Assembly (NCBI GenBank): GCA_963717365.1 | Contig: OY970327.1 | Coordinates: 75,599 to 139,598 of the forward strand | Origin: Candidatus Saccharimonadia bacterium | GTDB taxonomy: Bacteria; Patescibacteriota; Saccharimonadia; Saccharimonadales; 2-12-FULL-41-12 | DNA: 64,000 nucleotides | Direction: 5' to 3' | Shown: piece after piece, positions 59,074 to 64,000 of the stretch | Position numbering within the stretch: the stretch's first letter is position 1 | Layout of the letters: every line of letters begins with the position of its first letter | Made by a program: the position numbers and the translations under genes | Notes under the pieces: generated by a model | Seen by the model: the letters and a program-made list of their open reading frames with translations, nothing else | What the model was told of the DNA's origin: nothing | The model's database searches: none

Positions 59074-60711
59074 ATGAATAAAGTTGCCCATTACCTGCAA
59101 GAACACCTAGTTGGCGAAGTCATCACGGCTACAGACGTCCGTAAATATTTTTCTACCGATACAAGCATTCTGGAATTAATGCCGGCAATTGTAGCCTACC
59201 CGCGTAATGAAAACGATGTCCGTAAAACAGCACGCTTTACCTGGCAGCTGGCAGAACGGGGCAGAGTAATACCAATAACGGCTCGAGGATCGGGGACTGA
59301 CCAATCTGGCGGTGCTATTGGTAACGGCATCATCCTGGTATTTCCGGCTCATATGAATAAAGTTCTAGAATTAGATACACGCTCAGGGGCAGTAACGGTA
59401 GAGCCAGGTTTAAACTACGCTAAACTCCAGCAAGCACTTCACACTCATGGCCGTTTCTTGCCGCCTTTCCCGGCTTCAATGGAATATTCAACGATAGGCG
59501 GAGCAATTGGTAATAATGCCAGTGGTGAGAAAACGTTGAAATATGGTAGTACGCGTAATTTTATTGACGGATTGCGGGTAGTGCTTGCAAATGGCGAGGT
59601 GATTGAAACAAAAAGGTATAATAAGCGGGAACTTAGTAAAAAAATGGGTCTTTCTACCTTTGAAGGAGAAGTTTATCGATCCCTTGACGCCTTGATAGAA
59701 GAGAACTATGACATTATCCAAGGCATGACGCTTGATGTTTCAAAAAATTCAGCCGGCTACGATTTGGCTTCCGTAAAGCAAAAAGATGGTTCGGTCGACC
59801 TAACGTCCCTGATAGTTGGCTCACAGGGAACCCTTGGTATTGTTACCGAGGCTAGTATTGCAACCGAGCCATATAACCCAAGCACCACTCTAATAGCAGC
59901 ACTTATAAATAGTCTTAGCGAAGCAAACGAAATAGTACTTGAACTAAGAAAGATGTCCAAAGGTCCATCGGCAATTGAAATTGTAGACGAACACTTGCTT
60001 AATTTTGTAGAAGAACATAACCCTAACCAGCTAAAAGGTGTTATTAAGGCACCATTTCCCATGTTAGTTATGTTGATTGAGTTTGATGACCTATCAGCAA
60101 AAATTCAGAAAAAAAATGCCCGGAAAGTTGTAAAAATACTTAACAAATACGACATACAATATAAGGTTGAAACCGACTCTCACCAGCAAGAAGATCTCTG
60201 GAAAATACGGCATAGTGCCGCTATGGTAATCGCACACAATAAAGGCATGGCACGGGCTTTACCTATAATTGAAGACGGTATAGTGCCACTAGAGCGCTTT
60301 GAGGAGTATCTTGCCAATGTGTATCAGATGTTCGATAAGCACAAGTTACAGGTTGCTGTATGGGGTCATGCCGGTAATGCCAATCTGCATATGCAACCTT
60401 TCTTAGATTTAAGCCAACTTGGCGACAGACAATTGGTGTTCCGTTTAATCGAAGATTATTACACCATGGTAATTCAGTTGGGTGGCAGCACCAGCGGTGA
60501 ACATAATGATGGACGTGTGCGGGCACCGTATTTGGAAAAGCTCTACGGAGCCGATACCTATGAGCTGTTTAGGAAGGTGAAGTCAATTTTTGATCCCCAC
60601 GGAATATTAAACAGTGGTGTAAAAATCGATGTAACAATAGAAGACATTAAACCATTGCTACGCAATGAGTATTCAATCAGTCATCTGGCTGACCATTTGC
60701 CGCGCACCTAG
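59074..60711 (+). CDS. FAD-linked oxidase (GlcD / D-lactate dehydrogenase-like)
   Basis: FAD-binding PCMH-type domain (ITARGSGTDQSGGAIG; GGAIGNNASGEK) and a C-terminal FAD-oxidase domain (GGSTSGEHNDGRVR). Confidence 0.8.
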   Translation: MNKVAHYLQEHLVGEVITATDVRKYFSTDTSILELMPAIVAYPRNENDVRKTARFTWQLAERGRVIPITARGSGTDQSGGAIGNGIILVFPAHMNKVLELDTRSGAVTVEPGLNYAKLQQALHTHGRFLPPFPASMEYSTIGGAIGNNASGEKTLKYGSTRNFIDGLRVVLANGEVIETKRYNKRELSKKMGLSTFEGEVYRSLDALIEENYDIIQGMTLDVSKNSAGYDLASVKQKDGSVDLTSLIVGSQGTLGIVTEASIATEPYNPSTTLIAALINSLSEANEIVLELRKMSKGPSAIEIVDEHLLNFVEEHNPNQLKGVIKAPFPMLVMLIEFDDLSAKIQKKNARKVVKILNKYDIQYKVETDSHQQEDLWKIRHSAAMVIAHNKGMARALPIIEDGIVPLERFEEYLANVYQMFDKHKLQVAVWGHAGNANLHMQPFLDLSQLGDRQLVFRLIEDYYTMVIQLGGSTSGEHNDGRVRAPYLEKLYGADTYELFRKVKSIFDPHGILNSGVKIDVTIEDIKPLLRNEYSISHLADHLPRT

Positions 60712-60755
60712 GTAATTTTTTAAATGATGACCCATATGCTAATATAGTTTCTCAT

Positions 60756-60842
60756 GCGCGAGTGGCGGAATTGGTAGACGCGCTGGCTTGAGGGGCCAGT
60801 GGCCGCAAGGCTGTGGAGGTTCAAGTCCTCTCTCGCGCACCA
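60756..60842 (+). tRNA. tRNA-Leu (anticodon GAG), type II with long variable arm, CCA encoded
   Basis: Acceptor GCGCGAG/CTCGCGC, anticodon stem CTGGC/GCCAG with loop TTGAGGG, variable arm TGGCCGCAAGGCTGT, T-loop TTCAAGT. Confidence 0.9.
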
Positions 60843-60844
60843 GA

Positions 60845-60876
60845 AAAAACATCCAGAAATGGATGTTTTTATTTTT
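60845..60876 (+). terminator. Rho-independent terminator after tRNA-Leu
   Basis: AAAAACATCCA-GAAA-TGGATGTTTTT hairpin followed by ATTTTTAT. Confidence 0.8.
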
Positions 60877-61083
60877 ATAAGCATATTTATATCAAATTTG
60901 AGATAATCGCTGTTTAAAAATAAGCGTCTGTGAAATAATTCACAAAAATTTGGATTTTCACTTGAACCTCCTATCCTAAGGGCTACAATGGAATATAGAG
61001 TAATAAGCATTAAGACAAACGCAAGGAAAACACACATGACGACGCCAAAACGAATTGAATGCCAGGTAAAACAAGAAGGAGTA

Positions 61084-61272
61084 ATGCAGCACGACGACTT
61101 CGCAGTCAATACTGGATCTCCTCTCGAGTGGGCGCGTTTTGAAGAGGCGATCCTTGACAGAATAGAAGCCGAAAAAGCTGCTGAACTAGCAGCAAATTTT
61201 GAGGGAATCGTACACCAAGTAGAGTTTGGCTCCGGTTATATCGCAACACGTGAACTTGCACAAGTCGCATAA
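61084..61272 (+). CDS. Small hypothetical protein (62 aa)
   Basis: ATG 3 nt after an AAGGAG Shine-Dalgarno sequence. The ORF-track start at 60988 has no Shine-Dalgarno sequence. No homology recognised. Confidence 0.4.
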   Translation: MQHDDFAVNTGSPLEWARFEEAILDRIEAEKAAELAANFEGIVHQVEFGSGYIATRELAQVA

Positions 61273-61332
61273 GCACAAGTCTCTTACTTAATAATATTGA
61301 CTTTAATACATAATAGTGACAATATATAAAAA

Positions 61333-62169
61333 ATGAATAATCAACAACTTAACTCTATTTCTGCTTACGAAAGTATACATTACCCAGAAATATCTGGGGA
61401 AGCTGAAGCTGTGCCTGAAATTGCGCCGCCTCCAGTACTAAAAACGAATGGACTAGAGTCAATAGATTACTGGCGTGCTCACAACCGGACGCATCGTGAT
61501 CAAATTCAACCTCATGACCCATCCTCTGAAAAGCCAAAAACTCAAACAGAATGGCTGCATGAAGCTGAAACGATGTTTGAAATTGCCGTAGAAAATGAAC
61601 AAGTTCATGGCTTCGATGACTTCAGAACAGTGGGTGCGTTTGAAAACGCGCGAAGTGCTTTTAGTGGTGCGTTATGGACTCGGGAATATGTGCCTGAAAC
61701 AGATGATTTTGAACAGCTTGATTATCAAGATATGCTCAGATATGCTCAGACATTGTCAAAACTATCGAACAGCCACATCTTAACCCCATATAAAAGCCCT
61801 GAAAGTTTTGGGATAGACAGGAATGAGTCGCTATTTACCGCTGCAATCACGGCTTTTGACACGACCTTTAAAATAGTTGGAATTAACGCGCCAGAGGAAG
61901 TGTGGCACCCGATTGCCGCCCTGCGCGTCGAAGCATACGCGCAATACGCCAAATATCAGCTCGAGACCGGCGAAAAAAAGGCAGCCGAAAAAACATATGC
62001 CGAGGCTTTTAGGGAACTTACTATAATAGAAGAGCATGTAACCTCTGAGCATTTACTAGTTCAGGTTTCTAGACAAAAAACAGATATTCGCGCCTTAACC
62101 CAAGAAGGTAAACAGCCTGAGGAGATGCGCCTGGCTGACGAACTTGTACAACAGCTTGCAGTTCACTAG
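61333..62169 (+). CDS. Hypothetical protein (278 aa, helical, acidic)
   Basis: Long ORF with an ATG start. No motif recognised. Confidence 0.55.
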   Translation: MNNQQLNSISAYESIHYPEISGEAEAVPEIAPPPVLKTNGLESIDYWRAHNRTHRDQIQPHDPSSEKPKTQTEWLHEAETMFEIAVENEQVHGFDDFRTVGAFENARSAFSGALWTREYVPETDDFEQLDYQDMLRYAQTLSKLSNSHILTPYKSPESFGIDRNESLFTAAITAFDTTFKIVGINAPEEVWHPIAALRVEAYAQYAKYQLETGEKKAAEKTYAEAFRELTIIEEHVTSEHLLVQVSRQKTDIRALTQEGKQPEEMRLADELVQQLAVH

Positions 62170-62232
62170 ATCAACCTTCACCGTACGCAGCAGGGCGTTA
62201 ATATGGTACACTCTTTTAGTACTTATACATTC

Positions 62233-62309
62233 GGGTGATTAGCTCAGTTGGCTAGAGCACCTCGTTTACACCGAGGGGGTCGGGGGTTCGAATCCCTCAT
62301 CACCCACCA
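62233..62309 (+). tRNA. tRNA-Val (anticodon TAC), CCA encoded
   Basis: Acceptor GGGTGAT/ATCACCC, D-arm GCTCAGTTGGCTAGAGC, anticodon loop TTTACAC, T-loop TTCGAAT. Confidence 0.9.
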
Positions 62310-62312
62310 TTT

Positions 62313-62340
62313 AAAACGCCGGTTTTACTACCGGCGTTTT
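62313..62340 (+). terminator. Terminator hairpin after tRNA-Val (copy 1 of a duplicated hairpin)
   Basis: AAAACGCCGGT-TTTACT-ACCGGCGTTTT, an 11-bp stem with A/T-run arms. Confidence 0.75.
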
Positions 62341-62369
62341 AAATATTTTTCCAATAGAATACTAATAAT

Positions 62370-62398
62370 TTGACACACTAACATCTTTATGATAGTAT
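62370..62398 (+). promoter_or_regulatory. Candidate sigma-70-type promoter for 62407..62733
   Basis: TTGACA, 17 nt spacer, then TAGTAT. Confidence 0.35.
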
Positions 62399-62406
62399 AA
62401 ACAAAT

Positions 62407-62733
62407 ATGAAATATGAAGAAGGTGAGAGTTATCCAATTTTGACAGAACCTGCGGAACTCTATGTATTAGTAGAAGGTGCTGATAGGTCTGATAAAGCCG
62501 CTATGGATATGTTAGTAGGCGTTGCTGAACAAATTTTACTGAGCCGCGCTACAGGAATAAAACGTACCAAATTCAATGTCCCCGTTACTGATGAAAATAT
62601 TGATATTGTACGAGATGCTGCAGCTAATACTTTGCAAATTGGTGGATTCAAAGGTGTGAAATTAATCCTTGAAGGCACAAAAAGAGCCGCTATAAAAATT
62701 CTAGACAAAACAAAAAGCCCTCTAGATATCTAA
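62407..62733 (+). CDS. Hypothetical protein (108 aa)
   Basis: ORF with an ATG start, bracketed by two copies of the same terminator hairpin. No motif recognised. Confidence 0.5.
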   Translation: MKYEEGESYPILTEPAELYVLVEGADRSDKAAMDMLVGVAEQILLSRATGIKRTKFNVPVTDENIDIVRDAAANTLQIGGFKGVKLILEGTKRAAIKILDKTKSPLDI

Positions 62734-62750
62734 ATCGACTTACTAAATTT

Positions 62751-62778
62751 AAAACACCGGTATTAATACTGGTGTTTT
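62751..62778 (+). terminator. Terminator hairpin (copy 2 of the duplicated hairpin)
   Basis: AAAACACCGGTA-TTAA-TACTGGTGTTTT. The surrounding 37 nt are 32/37 identical to 62309..62345, with one compensatory stem change. Confidence 0.75.
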
Positions 62779-62834
62779 AAATACAAAAACAATTAAATTT
62801 GGTGGTATGCTAAGAACAGCAATAAGGAGGGTAC

Positions 62835-63575
62835 ATGGAATTTATGGTTTTTCTAATTATAATCGTTATAGTTATTCTGATATCTGGCATTCGGATTGTT
62901 AATCAGTACGAGCGCGGTCTGGTATTAACATTGGGAAAATTCACCAGTCTGCGGAACCCAGGATTAAATATTATTATTCCGGTAATCCAAGTGATGCGTA
63001 AAGTTGACGTCCGGTCTACGCCTATTGATGTGGCAAAACAGGAAGTTATTACTAAAGATAACGTTACGGTGAGTGTTGATGCGGTAGTGTTTCTACGGGT
63101 AATCGACCCCGTAAAAGCCATTCTTGAAACAACAGATTATCTGTACGCTACTAGCCAGTTTGCTCAGTCGGCTCTTCGCGATGTAACGGGCAGCGTAGAG
63201 ATGGACGACCTGCTTGGCAAGCGCGAAGAAATCAGTCTGCAAATTAAAGAAATCGTTGATCGCCACACAGATGCCTGGGGAATTGACGTTGAGAATGTCA
63301 AGGTTCAGAACATTGAACTGCCTCAGGACATGAAGCGCGCTATGAGCAAACAAGCCGAAGCCGAACGCGAACGTCGCGCTAACATCATTAATGCCGACGG
63401 TGAAAAACTAGCTGCTCAAACCCTAGCCGACGCTGCTAAAATTCTTTCTGGCACACCAGGCGCGATAAACCTGCGTACATTAAATACGTTGGAGCGCATT
63501 TCTACCGAGCCTTCACAAAAGACCATGATGCTGTTCCCAGTTGAACTGATAGATGCACTGCGCGGCCGGAATTAA
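62835..63575 (+). CDS. SPFH/band-7 (stomatin/slipin-like) membrane protein
   Basis: N-terminal TM, RIVNQYERGLVLTLGKF, TKDNVTVSVDAVVF, and a coiled AEAERERRA segment. AAGGAGG Shine-Dalgarno sequence. Confidence 0.85.
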   Translation: MEFMVFLIIIVIVILISGIRIVNQYERGLVLTLGKFTSLRNPGLNIIIPVIQVMRKVDVRSTPIDVAKQEVITKDNVTVSVDAVVFLRVIDPVKAILETTDYLYATSQFAQSALRDVTGSVEMDDLLGKREEISLQIKEIVDRHTDAWGIDVENVKVQNIELPQDMKRAMSKQAEAERERRANIINADGEKLAAQTLADAAKILSGTPGAINLRTLNTLERISTEPSQKTMMLFPVELIDALRGRN

Positions 63576-63587
63576 AGGTATCCTGAG

Positions 63588-63917
63588 GTGTTAGCCGACT
63601 ACCAAAAACAAATTGACGATACCCTTCAGCCGTACGCTAAGCCCTACTGGGATCCTCTGAGCCAGCTGGCTCGCATCGTAGAAGAAGTTGGCGAGGTGTC
63701 GCGAATCTTAAATCATACGTACGGCGACAAGCCAAAGAAGAGTAACGAAGAACATGAAAAATTGGAAGATGAACTAGCTGATATCCTTTATAGCGTCTTA
63801 TGTTTAGCGAACAGCCAGGGAATCACGCTTGATGAGCCATTAATTCGAGCCATCGCAAAACTAGAAACCCGCGACAAAGGCCGCTTTGAAAAGAAACCAC
63901 CCGCCGAGGTTGAATAA
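63588..63917 (+). CDS. MazG-like nucleotide pyrophosphohydrolase (small, single domain)
   Basis: EEVGEVSRIL...LEDELADILYSVLCLAN (EExxE...ExxD pattern). GTG start. Confidence 0.75.
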   Translation: MLADYQKQIDDTLQPYAKPYWDPLSQLARIVEEVGEVSRILNHTYGDKPKKSNEEHEKLEDELADILYSVLCLANSQGITLDEPLIRAIAKLETRDKGRFEKKPPAEVE

Positions 63918-63952
63918 TCTGTTAATTTGACGTAAACTTACGTAATGTATCC

Positions 63953-64000
63953 GGCTCTTTAGCTCAGTTGGTAGAGCAGAGGCTTGAAGAGCCTTGTGTC
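63953..64000 (+). tRNA. tRNA-Phe (anticodon GAA), 3' part cut by window end
   Basis: GGCTCTT-TA-GCTCAGTTGGTAGAGC-A-GAGGC-TTGAAGA-GCCTT-GTGTC matches the tRNA-Phe consensus through the variable loop. Confidence 0.8.

Noticed and set aside
60720-61109. 129-aa minus-strand ORF
   Set aside because: It runs antisense across the tRNA-Leu gene and its terminator. It has no Shine-Dalgarno sequence and a low-complexity hydrophobic translation.

Overview
This is a densely coded 64-kb chromosomal segment with about 60 CDS, 3 tRNAs, and no rRNA, CRISPR array, transposase or integrase. The gene content suggests a reduced-genome bacterium with a Gram-positive-type envelope. That content includes short AlaRS and UvrC, NAD made by salvage only, a LysM-CHAP hydrolase and many signal-peptide ORFans. 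The organism is probably Patescibacteria/CPR and Saccharibacteria-like, but this is inference only.

Recognisable blocks, in order:
- (i) 0.5-8.4 kb: an NAD salvage regulon (pncA, pncB, nadE, nadD, an NrtR-like regulator and three uncharacterised enzymes). A repeated TTAGTGT-N7-ACACTAA operator sits in both divergent promoter regions.
- (ii) 11.3-17.4 kb: an F-type ATP synthase operon (b-like, delta-like, alpha, gamma, beta, epsilon). It has no a or c subunit gene. A 279-aa secreted protein ending in a c-subunit-like hairpin without a carboxylate occupies that position.
- (iii) 17.4-27.7 kb: a surface-protein locus, the most interesting region. Five related secreted proteins include three tandem ~440-aa paralogs that share 100% identical DNA blocks interleaved with diverged blocks. 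A DUF916/DUF3324-like anchored protein and a PKD-domain anchored protein follow. I interpret this as a candidate undescribed cell-surface assembly, either a remote WxL/Csc-like complex or a fibre system.
- (iv) 27.7-60.7 kb: housekeeping genes (mnmA, alaS, ftsA, ruvX, mltG, obg, sbcB, uvrA, uvrC, rplY, two ABC exporters, trhO, pepP, secG and others).
- (v) 60.7-64 kb: tRNA-Leu, tRNA-Val and tRNA-Phe with ORFans between them, plus a duplicated terminator hairpin flanking a one-gene cassette.

Several starts in the ORF track are TTG/GTG extensions, and I moved them to better-supported downstream starts. All functional calls rest on motif recognition by eye, since no database search was possible.
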